Both the position numbers and the translations under genes were made by a program. Below, piece by piece: positions 41,429 through 54,267 of a stretch of DNA of 64,000 nucleotides. Source of the stretch: Octopus bimaculoides. Taxonomy: Eukaryota. Position 1 is the first letter of the stretch; each line of letters starts with the position of its first letter. The notes under the pieces were generated by a model. That model made no database searches and was not told where the DNA came from. It saw nothing but the letters and a program-made list of their open reading frames with translations. The DNA lies in contig NC_068981.1 of the NCBI RefSeq assembly GCF_001194135.2, forward strand, positions 20,053,443-20,117,442, in the 5' to 3' direction.

Positions 41429-43160
41429 TATGTATGTGCACGTGTGTATACATGTGTGAAATTTTCAAGCAGACTCAGCATAGCACAGTGTAACAACTCT
41501 TCACCTTTGAATAGTACATGCAATTCATTAGACAGGATACAACATGGGCAAATGGTCCAGAATTCATTTGTAGTTACATGGTCTCTGCTTTTAACCCATT
41601 GTATGGCGTTTTGGGTGAACATGATCCTTGCGAGTGAAATTGGGTTAACAGAAGCTTTTCAAATGTTTCTAAGCCTTTCAAATGGGTTGCAGCTGCTATT
41701 TAATGGTGAAGATTTGTTATGTTATACTGATACTGCCTGAAATTTACACCTTAATGGTACATCGCTGTGGAATACTCAGCAATTTCCACTTTAATTCAAA
41801 GAGTAGGTAGTTTAGTTACTTAAACAACCGAGCATCCATTAGTGAAACCAACAGAGATCCATTTCAAATACAGACATTAAAACAATGATGACAGGACACA
41901 CAAATATACATATGTCTGTGTATATGTGTATATATATATACTTATGTGTGTGTATCGATATATATTTTTATCAGTGAATGAGAGGGAAATAAACAGAGCA
42001 CATGATATATACAGATTCTCTCTAACTGCTGATATTGATTCAATTGGGATTCAATTTAAACATCAATAGTTTGTCTTCGGGAGAAACATGGTCAAGGATT
42101 GATTTCTAGAAGATGCATATTATAGGAAGAAAAGATTGAAAGATGTTTTTTTTTTTTTATCTGTACTATTAGTATATAAAGTATTCTATGATACAGAATC
42201 AAACAATGGATAAACAAAATTCTGATTTATTTCCAAGAAGTGGCTTAAGATATCTTTGGTTGTGCCATCTTTAAATGATTTTGACGCATCTCTGTTAATT
42301 CTGAGTCTAATTCCAACAGCAGTATATTCTATTGGTGTTATGTTCTTAAAATTACACTTAGATGTACACTTAAAGAAGTAAGATATATGAGACAAGTAAT
42401 AATCTCTAGCTCCATGTATGGATAAAGTATTATCCAACTAGAAACATGATTTATCTATAGTTACTCCTCTCCCTTTCATGCAATGATCAAAAATCTCAAT
42501 GAAATTACATAAAAGAGTTATTTCTTTAAAATAGGAGTTTCACTTTATTACAGATAATTTTGTAGCTTTTATTATTACATCAGCATTATTGGTAGCAAAT
42601 GATAAAATATTAAAGAATCTGGCACCAACATTCTGGAAACACCTCTAACTAGTATTGCTTGATGCTAGTCATAAATTAACCTTTCTTTGACAGTTTCTTA
42701 ACCAATATTCTGATTCAATTTCTTAGTTCTTCATACCTTTTGATGAAGACCATTCTGTGTCTTGTTGCTCATGTGCTCGAATGTACACAAACACACACAC
42801 ACACACACTTGTGTATGCATGCATAAATACACATCCACTACACCACATACACAGATGTGGAAAACATATATACTGACATATACACATTCCTGCATTTACA
42901 CACACATGCATTTGTACTTGCACCAATATACTTATATTCACACATGTTCAAACACACACAGTTACACTTGCATACACATATATACATATGCAAATAAGTG
43001 CATAAACTCAAAGAGATACATGCTAGGTTTTCAGATTTACAATAAATATATTTTTGATATATATAAAACATGAATGACATAATTTAATTGAACAATATTT
43101 GAAGCCTACTTTCTTATACACATACATTTGTGTGTGTGCATGTGTGTATGTACATATGTG

Positions 43161-43208
<48 letters not shown>

Positions 43209-43270
43209 CATATATATATATATACACACACACATATATATACATACATATATATATTATATACATATAC

Positions 43271-43426
43271 ATCATCATCATCATCATCATCGTTTAACGT
43301 CCGCTTTCCATGCTAGCATGGGTTGGACGATTTGACTGAGGACTGGTGAAACCGGATGGCTACACCAGGCTCCAGTCTGATTTGGCAGAGTTTCTACAGC
43401 TGGATGCCCTTCCTAACGCCAACCAC
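43271..43426 (-). mobile_element. SINE family B 3' portion, young copy
   Basis: Near-identical to 1-105 in reverse; (CAT)n tail. Confidence 0.85.
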
Positions 43427-44173
43427 ATACAGATAGATAGACAGATAGATAGTGGTTTTTCACTCACGATCAAGTATGACCTCTTTTGCACTCCCTTCTT
43501 CTTTCATCTTGAGATGTAGTACCTTTCTGTTATGGATTCCCATGATTACAGAGATCTACATCACCAGTATGACAAGTCTAAGACTCCAGTTTCCAGGCAG
43601 CAATTGAAAAATGCAGCTGCATGGACAACTTAAGAATCTTATATCTGCTCCTACCTATGCTGCATCTTCTGTGTGTTCTCCCAAATGAAGAACCAATGGA
43701 CATGGTGGTATTTCATTGCTGCAGACATGCATGATACACTGATTGCTGCAACAATAGTACATATGATTCTAAGAAGTTCAATTCATGACTTACACAGGAA
43801 AGAGAAAAAGGAAATGTGACACAAAAGCAAGAACCCCCACTGTTAGTTTCCAACTGTTCCCCATTCAGCTGGCATGTCTACCAGTTGTTTGATTAATCAC
43901 AAGATGAACCATTACATTTCTAGAGTGAAAATTTGATGCCTCTGTTGAATGGGCATATTTATATTTATTCCAGGTCAGACTGATGCTTTTGTGAATGTTA
44001 ATCAAGCAATAAAAGCATTCACAATTATGCAATAAAATGTAAACTAGCAAAAATGTTCCATGCTGGCAGTCAGTCATTTTTATTCTCATACTGTGTCCTT
44101 CTCTCTTTTTCTTAACTTTGTCAGTTTGTGGCAAATTACATGGAACTACATTGAAGTAATGTATATACTTATA

Positions 44174-44211
<38 letters not shown>

Positions 44212-44845
44212 CATATATANNNNNNNNNNNNNNNNNNNNNNNNNNNNNNNNNNNNNNNNNNNNNNNNNNNNNNNNNNNNNNNNNNNNNNNNNNNNNNNNN
44301 NNNNNNNNNNNNNNNNNNNNNNNNNNNNNNNNNNNNNNNNNNNNNNNNNNNNNNNNNNNNNNNNNNNNNNNNNNNNNNNNNNNNNNNNNNNNNNNNNNNN
44401 NNNNNNNNNNNNNNNNNNNNNNNNNNNNNNNNNNNNNNNNNNNNNNNNNNNNNNNNNNNNNNNNNNNNNNNNNNNNNNNNNNNNNNNNNNNNNNNNNNNN
44501 NNNNNNNNNNNNNNNNNNNNNNNNNNNNNNNNNNNNNNNNNNNNNNNNNNNNNNNNNNNNNNNNNNNNNNNNNNNNNNNNNNNNNNNNNNNNNNNNNNNN
44601 NNNNNNNNNNNNNNNNNNNNNNNNNNNNNNNNNNNNNNNNNNNNNNNNNNNNNNNNNNNNNNNNNNNNNNNNNNNNNNNNNNNNNNNNNNNNNNNNNNNN
44701 NNNNNNNNNNNNNNNNNNNNNNNNNNNNNNNNNNNNNNNNNNNNNNNNNNNNNNNNNNNNNNNNNNNNNNNNNNNNNNNNNNNNNNNNNNNNNNNNNNNN
44801 NNNNNNNNNNNNNNNNNNNNNNNNNNNNNNNNNNNNNNNNNNNNA

Positions 44846-45200
44846 ATTCAAATATTTTATTATCCATTTATTTTATAGTTTTCTATAAAATGGAAAAAAA
44901 TCTTGGGTTAGCTTTCTAACAATATATATTCTATTGATTCTTTCCTGTTTCAAAAGCCATACTGCAAAGCTAACTCTACCAACAATATTTCAAACAACCA
45001 GAATTGTAGTCTTCTAAATTTTATTACTATTGATGCTACTATGCTTATTGTTAGCAAACTCAACCAAACAGTAATAAAATCAGTAGAAATTACACTACAA
45101 CTATAATAAATACTAGCCAAGATAATTTTCTCCAGTTTTCAGTGATATTCTCTCGCAATGGCCGACTTTAAATGATCCACTTGTGTTTATTGATTAAATG
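44846..45200 (+). repeat. 355-bp direct duplicate of 54268-54623
   Basis: Manual alignment shows one 1-bp indel (GCAAAGCT vs GCAAAAGCT) and one G/A substitution. Confidence 0.95.
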
Positions 45201-45307
45201 TTCAATGGCAATAATATTTCTTCAGTGTGTCCAACTCAAGCATGCAACACACATACATGCACAGATATACATACATAAATATATAGATATATTTATATGT
45301 ATATTAT

Positions 45308-45347
<40 letters not shown>

Positions 45348-45586
45348 TAGATCCATTTTCCCTTCCTTCTATGCTTTTGACAAAACTTGTTGAAGCAGAT
45401 TTTCTTCAGACTGATGCTCATCCACTCACCAACTTTTATCTCCCATCCACTGTTTTCACATGGTGGAACTATGACAATTTTGCTTCTCGGAGAATGGAAA
45501 TAAAGACAGTATTTTACTGAGGAAGTGTAAGAACACATGGAAACAACATTCACACACATGCCTACAGATGTATATACATACGTGCA

Positions 45587-45619
<33 letters not shown>

Positions 45620-45806
45620 CGATACACACACAACAAGCTTCTCAGTTTTCTTCTACTAAATTCATTCACAGAATATTGGTCTCAATGCATGATACCTTGG
45701 GAAAGTGTCTTCTGATATAGCCTCCAGCTGACCAAACACAGACCCACGTAATTCTGAAGTCAACATTGTAATAAAACAGTCATACCTGTATCTTACCTAT
45801 CTATTT

Positions 45807-45845
<39 letters not shown>

Positions 45846-45850
45846 ATATA

Positions 45851-45985
45851 TACCGGAGTAAGCACATGAAATGTGCAACAAGGTGGAAAAAAGAGTACTC
45901 AAATACCAGAGGTAGAGTAATATGCTTTATTTAAAAGCAGCAGAAATATAACAAAAAAAGCGTTACTCTGAGTTTCATGTTACTG
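45851..45985 (-). mobile_element. (TA)n-adjacent mini-element carrying the 3' half of a hammerhead fold, truncated by the gap
   Basis: Minus strand 45985-45961 reads CAGUAACAU-GAAA-CU-cag-AGU-A-ACG (stem III ACU/AGU, GUA triplet); the + strand unique sequence starts right after (TA)n. Confidence 0.45.
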
Positions 45986-48091
45986 NNNNNNNNNNNNNNN
46001 NNNNNNNNNNNNNNNNNNNNNNNNNNNNNNNNNNNNNNNNNNNNNNNNNNNNNNNNNNNNNNNNNNNNNNNNNNNNNNNNNNNNNNNNNNNNNNNNNNNN
46101 NNNNNNNNNNNNNNNNNNNNNNNNNNNNNNNNNNNNNNNNNNNNNNNNNNNNNNNNNNNNNNNNNNNNNNNNNNNNNNNNNNNNNNNNNNNNNNNNNNNN
46201 NNNNNNNNNNNNNNNNNNNNNNNNNNNNNNNNNNNNNNNNNNNNNNNNNNNNNNNTATATATGTATGTATAGCTATCATTATACATACATATATATATGA
46301 AGTCATCATCATAATCATCATTTAATGTTTATGTTCTATGCTGGTAGGAACTGGATGGTTTGATAGGATCCAATGGGTCAAAGGACTGCATTGTGCTTCA
46401 ATGATTGATTTGGAACGGTGTTTATAGTTGGGTGCACTTCCTAACACTACCACTTTACAAAATATACTGGGTGCTGTTTTGTGCCACTAGTATTATTGAG
46501 GCTGCTATGCAGCTCACAAGACTGCAAACTGCAAAAGAGATGGATGGTGGTTTTATGCTATGAGAAGAGGGGTTACAATATGAAAGAAGTGGGTAGCAAA
46601 ACAGGTTCTTGTAGAAGACTTGCATGGTTATTCATATTAAGGTGGGGAAGGAGAGAATGATCAGTAGGAGCTATTAAGAGAGATAGGGGATGAGGTGTCC
46701 AGGTGACTCCACAAGGCAGGAAGTATATAAAAGTGGGGGTGGGGTGGAGCTGTTGCAAGATTGTAAGTGGAGCAGATGATGAGGGGGATGAGGAGGCAGC
46801 CTGCAACTGTAAAAGAAGTTGAGTAATGATCGAGGAGTCATGGATTGGGAAGAAGAGAGATGCAGAAGAGAGAAGATGGAGGGAAGAATGGGAAGGTAGT
46901 AATGATACAATTGACAGTAGGAGAAGGACAAGGGAGAGAGATTACAAGGAGCAGGGAAAGGGAGAGAGAAGCATAGTGCATAATGAAATATAGTTTGATA
47001 CATTGGGGTAGGGTGAATCAACATAACATGTGGGTGAAGAGGACACAGCACACAGTGCTTCCAGAACACAGTTTTTGCTGAGGCAGACAGATCTTCTCAA
47101 GAACCTCATATTGCTAGATATACTGGTCTGTTGTCATCTCCACTGTGGGGCTCAACATCTTGAACTCATTTCTCATTACTTCATCCTACATCTTCCTAGG
47201 TCTCCCTGTTCTGCAGATTCCATCCATTTTAAGTGATTCACACATATATATTATACATAATATGAATATATATGTGTGTGAAGTTGTTAGTTGCTTCAGT
47301 GTTTTTCATCTTTTCCTACAGAATCACTATAACGAATTCTTAAACTTATCTATGAAACATAAGTAGGAAGATATAAAAATGATATATAAATTCAAACACT
47401 GTTTTTATTTTGTAAGAAATATGAGCCTGGGTTCATCACATCACGAACAATAAAAGCAACAAAAAAAAAAACTGAATAAATCAAAACAAATTAAAATAAA
47501 GTAACAAAAATAATAAAAGCCATAATGAAAAGTAATACAAAGATTGTTTTAAAAGTACTGGTATTGAAAAGTGCTGTCTGTGATAATTGACAATGTCTTA
47601 GCAACACCAAATGATGCAGTCTAGTACTGGTATAAATTGGGAATTGATGTCTCTGGTGTGATGAGAGAGCATATGAGAATGGGTGTATGTATTTGTGTAT
47701 GAGCCTATGTGTGTATTTATTGATTGTCTTTGCTTATTGCTCCCTGCCCTCATTTTCTGTTTATCTCTCTTTTTGACACACACATACACCCTCATTCCAC
47801 TGATTCTTTGTCAGTAATCATGAGTGCTAAGATTGACTTGTTTTTAATTGTGGACATGTAGCCAATTGTCCTCTAACACACATGTATGCATGTTGTTACA
47901 TTATCATCATCATCATTTAACATCTGCTCTCCATGCTGGCATGGGTTAGACAGTTTGACTGGAGCTGATGAGCTGGAAAGCTGCACCAGGTTCCAGTTTG
48001 ATTTTATAGGATTTCTACAGCTGGATGCCCTTCCTAATAATGCCAACCACTCCAGAAGTGTAATGGATACTTTGACATGCCACTGGCACAG

Positions 48092-48573
48092 GTGCCATTT
48101 ACATGACACTGGCAACAACCTCAACTCCGATACATGGGTGGATGTCATTTACATGGTACCGACAACAACCACAACTATGATGCACAAATGCCATTTACAT
48201 GGCACCAGCAGCAACCTCAATTCATGGATGCTGTGCCATTTACATGACACCAGCAATGACCATGACTATGATTCACGGATGAGTGCCATTTACACTGAGC
48301 CCTCAATGACCACAGCTATGATTCAAGGGTGAGTGCCATGTAAATGGCACCGGCAGCCAACATGTCTCATGAGTGCTATTAACATGGGACTGCCAATGAC
48401 CACAATTCCCAGGTGCCGACCTTCTTGGCACCATCAATGACCATGACTCCGATGCACGGGTGTCATTTACATGGCACTGGTAATGAACAACCACAACTAC
48501 GATTTATGGGTGCCATTTGCGTGGCATCTGCAACAGTCATGACTACGATGCACAGGTGCCATTTACATGACAC
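48092..48573. repeat. tandem array with a 45-50 bp period and an 18-bp palindromic core GTGCCAT-TTAC-ATGGCAC
   Basis: Cores start at 48092, 48142, 48188, 48233, 48283, 48333, 48460, 48510 and 48556. Confidence 0.9.
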
Positions 48574-49774
48574 TGGCACCGTCACAGCTACAATTTCCCT
48601 TGGCCTGAATCACATACTCATTAACAGACATAATTATCATAAGATACACTGAACTAATATAGAGAAAGACAGAGTAGATGAAGTACCAAAACAGATTCAA
48701 GGAGAGAGAATGTGTTCTGTAGAAAGTAAGTGAAAGAGTAATACAGGCACTGACAGAGTGATTGTAGGCATACACAAAAATAAGACTTTCTACTAATAAA
48801 ACTTTTGATACAGTGAAAATGATAAACATTTTTCATTGAAAATTTACCTGGATTCCTGAGTACTTAATCTGTAACTTGTTGATAAATTCCCTTGAAATGC
48901 AACAATATTGGTCCTTATTAAATAATTTACTCACTACTTGTTGCAGTGAGTATTCTATTTTAATTGTGGCACATTCTGTTTCTAATGAAATACCTAATTA
49001 CATTATTATAAGAAAAAAAAAATGGATATGTTGTACTTGTTACTACTACTGTTGCTAAGATAGAGTGAACTCAGTACAAGTTCAGTTTAGAATAAAAATG
49101 TGTGTGTGTAAATACACACACACGCGCGCGTCCGCGTATACATATATGCCTTCAGTTATCTCTCCTGTGGCTCTGACTACATCATAGGTCTGCAATACCT
49201 CATCTTTGTGTATGTTGTGTATGCTATCAATATCAACACCCTCACATATCTGCCATCAATACTCCCAGTCATTATAGCCACCCTTATGTGCTTCTACTTC
49301 CATTTCTGTCATTATAAATCTCCCTCACCTCACACGATGCTCTTGCACTGTGCACATCATCTCCGCTGATGTACTCTCAGGTTACTGTTTTTTAGTCCCT
49401 CTTTCTTGAACTACTTATATTTCACTCACCCCTGCCTCCATACTGATGGCTTGTGTTTCAGCCTCACCACTCAGACCCTTAGGCATGTGTCTTCTACAAT
49501 AGCCCCAAGCTAATCAAAGTTTTGTGAGTGGATTTGGTTGGTGAAAACTGAAAGACCATCATATGTGGTGTGTGTCTCTTTGTATGCATGTATATATATG
49601 TTTGTGTGAGTTTGTGTCTTGCTGGTCTTTTCATTGCTTGATGTTTATACACAAGTATCACCATCATGCAAGTAGTGTCATTCATTTCCAATCTTCTGCA
49701 AAAACATGTATCGTATATTGGGTACTAAATTTTAATGGAGTCCACATTCATTGAGCCAAATTCAATGAAAATAA

Positions 49775-50639
49775 TACAGGGCATTCAGGCTAAATTTGAA
49801 AGCTTACATAAAAAGAAATGGAAACAACACCTCTTTTAAAAATAAAAGTAGTTTAAAAAATCAAAAAATATAAACTAAATTATTGCTGGGAGATATCAGT
49901 TTACTCAAAGTATCCACCTTCAGCTTCCACTACAGTTTCAAGAAGGTGCTAGAACCTATCATTTGTGTTCCTCACTGTGTCCCTGAGAAGATCTTAGAAC
50001 ATGTCCCTGATCTTGGCCATCAGCTTAACCTTGTTGTTGCAGTCTTTCTCTACAGCTTCCCACATGTAATAATCTATAGAATTACAATTGGGGGAATTAG
50101 GAGGCCAAAAATTGGGGCTGGTGAAGTCTTAGAAATTCTCCAACAACTACTTCTGACACTTCCCAGAAGTATAGTTAGGAACTAAATCCTGCTGCTATGG
50201 CCTTCCAGTCGCAACCCTCACTAGTCAGAGACTGTCCACAGTCTCCAGCTTCACATAACTGTCTGAATTGAGCCTAGTGTTCTGTTCATCAGTTGCCAAT
50301 GTGTGGATGCAGTCAGAATGCCTGCTGTGTCCCTTCCTGCTGGCCATAGCTTTGTAACCTCCATTGCAGTTGTTCTTGTCACATCTTTATTTTGTTCACA
50401 TAGCATTGAGCAGTAGTCATGATGTTCTCATTTTGACACCCAGTGCAAATCGTCATGATACAGGTAACTGTTTATCAATGTTCAGCTGGCTTCCACTCCA
50501 CTGTGTCAACGAACTTTTTCTCTACTACAACTTCAATTTTTATGTTCTCAAATGCTGTTAACCGCTCACCAATACCTCAAGCTGTTCCTGACGAAAGGAG
50601 ACATAAAAATTGTCATGTTTAGCCTGTGATTGCTCAGTA
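49775..50639 (-). mobile_element. internally deleted Tc1/mariner DD37D (maT) element, different subfamily
   Basis: QQDLVPNYTSGKCQK*LLENF*DFTSPNFWPPNSPNCNSIDYYMW (37 spacing); TIRs TACAGGGCATTCAGGCTAAA / TTTAGCCTGTGATTGCTCAGTA. Confidence 0.85.
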
Positions 50640-51305
50640 CAGTATTTGTATATGAATATATATTAGTACACACACATTCATCATCATGGTTTTAATGTCT
50701 ATTTTTCCATACCTGCATGGGTTAAACAAGAGTACATTAAGGTAGTGTTTTTTTACAGCTGGACGACTGACCTTCCTGTCACCTGTCTCACTTATTTCCA
50801 TGTAAAGTAATAACCTCCTAGTCACTTTAATCAAACCACAAACAGCCCAGACATGATTTTATGGTGAAATGCAAGCAAATGGCACCATTAGACCATTGTT
50901 TACTCCCCAGCAAATGTAAAGAAGATACAAACTCACTTACATGAGGGACTTCTTTCAGTTTCTGTTTAAAAAATCCATTCTCAATGCTTTGGTTGACTCA
51001 GGGCTCTAATAGAAGACTCCTACACAAGGTGTCTTGCAATAGGATTGAACCCAAAACCAAGCTTTTCAGTCACACAGCCATGCCTGCATGTATATATTTA
51101 TGACCTTTTACAAAAGAAAGGGTGACAGTTACTTCAAAGCTTCTACTTGCTTGCCTTCATCAGTTTGTCTCGTGCATGCAAGCAAACAAGCAAACCAGAA
51201 CTTCAAAGTCATTGTCAACTTCTTCCTAGAAAAAAGTTAATATGTACTTTCGCAAAAATTGAATAATCCTTCAACTTAACTTGACATGAAAACAAACAGT
51301 GTGTA

Positions 51306-51306
<1 letters not shown>

Positions 51307-51372
<66 letters not shown>
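51307..51372. repeat. (TG)n microsatellite; many other (CA/TG)n and (TA)n tracts, e.g. 10330-10372, 37097-37150, 39625-39678, 60800-60922
   Basis: Read directly. Confidence 0.97.
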
Positions 51373-51375
<3 letters not shown>

Positions 51376-51759
51376 TATGATGCATGTATGTACGCATTTA
51401 TGCACACATACACACACATATGCATACATATATAGACCTTTATATATATATATATGTTTATTTATATACATTGAACCATTGATTTTATGAAGAAATAGGG
51501 AGGTGTGTCCATTAAATCGAAATTAACCTAAGGACCATTTTTTATTGCTTTCAATGTAAAAAAAAAAGAAAGATTCAATACAATATACATTACTGCTCAA
51601 TATAAAATTATGAAATTATAGTAAAGAATATGTGATTTTTTACTTACCTTTTTGACATTGTAGCTGAAGTGTATTTTGCTGTTATTATAGTGGCAGTACA
51701 GTAGTCTTTGTTCAGTATCTGAATGAGGAAGTGAAGGGAGAAATCTTCATTTACAGAGT

Positions 51760-52340
51760 CTTCTGAAATATGTGCAAATGCCTGTATATGGTTGTATTAT
51801 GCAGGCTGTCAGAGATGAAAATAGAAGTGGGTGTTAAAGAAGTTAGTTTAAAGAAAGAGTCCAGCTTTAGTTATTTCCCACAATGATGTTTTTTTATAAT
51901 TGTTCTGAACTCTCAAAAATGTTCATAATAAGGGACAATCTCATCTTTTATAGTGGATGATGATGCCCATAAGATTTCTTATTTCAAACTATGTTGGCCA
52001 TTTTGGTATGACTGTCTCATCCTCAGTGTCTGCTTTTTCCCCTGCCTGATTATATAGAGCCTCATCCATATTTTTTCTATCAACAAGAACTTGATAACCG
52101 GGATTATTTTCATCAATTTCAAGCCATTCCTGAACATCCACTTGTTTCCTAGTTGCCAGCATTTACAAAGACATAATCTTCCTCCAAAATCCAAATCAGA
52201 TTCAATGCTGTAAAGTAGCTTCTTCTATACTGCATAGTTAAAAGGTACAAACTTAACATTGAAGGTGCATAGATTCTGGAGTGTTCTGTTCACCATCCTT
52301 GAATTTTATGCATTTTCTTCTATGCTCCCATGGTTACCGA
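51760..52340 (-). pseudogene. pogo/Tigger-like transposase C-terminal remnant
   Basis: Minus frame VDVQEWLEIDENNPGYQVLVD...ADTEDETVIPKWPT resembles the acidic C-terminus of Tigger/TIGD; boundaries are approximate. Confidence 0.5.
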
Positions 52341-52572
52341 GATAATCTACTATAATAATACTCTTGTGTTTATGAATGAGAAAGGAAGATGAATAAGGAA
52401 GGAAGGGGTGATATCATACCTGGTAGTGGGATGATGAAAATTGTACACTGAAAAAATAAATCAAACAGCGTTTCAACTCTGTATGAATGTATGTGTGTGT
52501 ATGTAAAAGGTGGAGGGGTTATGTGAAAGTGTGTGTGTGTGCATTTGCGCACAATGGAAGTGGGATGATTCA

Positions 52573-52793
52573 TCTTTATTCGCTTAGTATTCGGGTTTAT
52601 TTTTTGATTTGGTTGAATCTTGATTGTTTTATTTTTTTTGTTGGTCAGTTACTTTTAGCGTTTTGACAGAAAAAAGTCATTCTAAAATTGTTTTTTAATG
52701 CAAGTGTACCCAAACAAGTCGAATGCTTACACAGAGTAGGTTTTACAGCCACATTATCCAAACTGCCTAGGTGAAACCGGGCTTAGCTGCTGG
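52573..52793 (+). mobile_element. non-autonomous Helitron-like element (221 bp)
   Basis: A|TC at 52572/52573; GC-rich hairpin GCCTAGG-TGAAA-CCGGGC at 52765-52782; CTGG|T end 11 nt later; no TSD; CpG-rich. Confidence 0.7.
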
Positions 52794-53144
52794 TATATAT
52801 ATACATATTATATAGATAGACAGACAGGCAGGCATGTGTGTATAAATAGTACATACAAGAGAAGTGTGGTGAGTGTTCTCTTATATGCTTTATTTATATA
52901 CATTCTCTCCACATTGTATCTCTTAGATCTTCAGAACAACACAAAGGTTTATCTTAACCTCAACCATGGCCATTCTTGTTCGCCATGCATTTGTTGGAGA
53001 GTTTAATGTGAAATCTGTTTGATTCTTCGCATTCCTATTATTAATATATATATNNNNNNNNNNNNNNNNNNNNNNNNNNNNNNNNNNNNNNNNNNNNNNN
53101 NNNATATACATGTGTGTGTGTGTATTACTTTATCTTGTGAGGCT

Positions 53145-53240
53145 ATAGCCATTCCTTATGAGGCATCTATATGTATATATATAGCCATTCCTTATGAGGC
53201 ATCTATATATATATAGCCATTCCTTATGAGGCATCTATAT
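53145..53240. repeat. three tandem copies of ATAGCCATTCCTTATGAGGCATCTATAT(GTATAT)
   Basis: Read directly. Confidence 0.95.
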
Positions 53241-54267
53241 GTCATTGACTTTCAATGACATACACCTGTCTGACAAATACATCACTTTCTAATTTCACAT
53301 AGATTAATATCCAGTGACAAGCAAAAGCAAGATGACCAGAAATTATTTCGAGCAAAAGTTCTATATGTCAGAGGGCCTTCTTCTAAATTTTCCCAGTAGG
53401 ATGCCACATCAGATGGGATTTGATTTTGGATTTTCTCTTCACCAGATGATTTTAGTACAGCCTTGGGTATTTCTATGCACCCATGCAATATATATATATG
53501 TATGCATACACACATACATACACATTGATAAATACAGATATACAGTAATATATACATATATATTCACATTTTCTTATCAGAGTTTTTATGTAGATAAGCC
53601 AAGACTAAAGAACAACTGTCTGTCCGTAAAGTTATATGTAGATTATCTATGAAGATATATGTATGTGTAGGTATGTATAATGTGTACATCTACATGCATT
53701 CATATTTTTTATATCTTCAATATACTGCTAGTTGCATAACTAACTGACAATACACACACATGCATGCACGCACATATATGCACATATATAGATATAGATA
53801 TGTGTATGTCTCCATATATGTGTGTATGTATGTAAATATATATATATATATATATGCGTACTAACATGTACATATATATATACATATACTTATACACACA
53901 CACATGTGTGAGTGTATGGCAAGGATAATGAAAATACAATCAAAACTATTATTTTTCTGACTTAGATAGCTGCTATTCATGTACCATCTATTGTATTTTA
54001 GTCTGAAATAAATTGAAAATTATTATCAGAACTTACTTCACTTGAAACCCTAGGTGTTAAATAAATTTCTATTGTAATATCATTTTCTCAGCAGATAGAC
54101 ATAGGCCATAGAAAATCAATTTTTCAGTCAAAATATCATTGACAGACAATTCCTTGATCTTTTCCTCTCTGCAGTATTTCCTCCTCCTCCTCCTCCTCCT
54201 CCTTCATTTTTTTTCCTTTTATTCATTTTGTCATATTTAGCAATCCATTAATTAATTTTTTATTTAG

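Noticed and set aside
43336-43360. CTGAGGA-CTGGT-GAAA in family B SINEs as a hammerhead (also CTGATGA-GCTG-GAAA near 47965)
   Set aside because: Only 4-5 nt lie between the core halves, so there is no stem II, and stems I and III do not form.
46500-47100. Purine-rich stretch possibly from a CR1/L2 3' region (similar at 49200-49480, 23500-23960 and 56400-57320)
   Set aside because: No diagnostic motif could be read with confidence.
48092-48573. CRISPR array
   Set aside because: Eukaryotic context, spacers homologous to each other, degenerate repeats and no cas genes.
49112-49140. (CA)n(CG)n Z-DNA-prone patch
   Set aside because: Short and explicable as microsatellite slippage.
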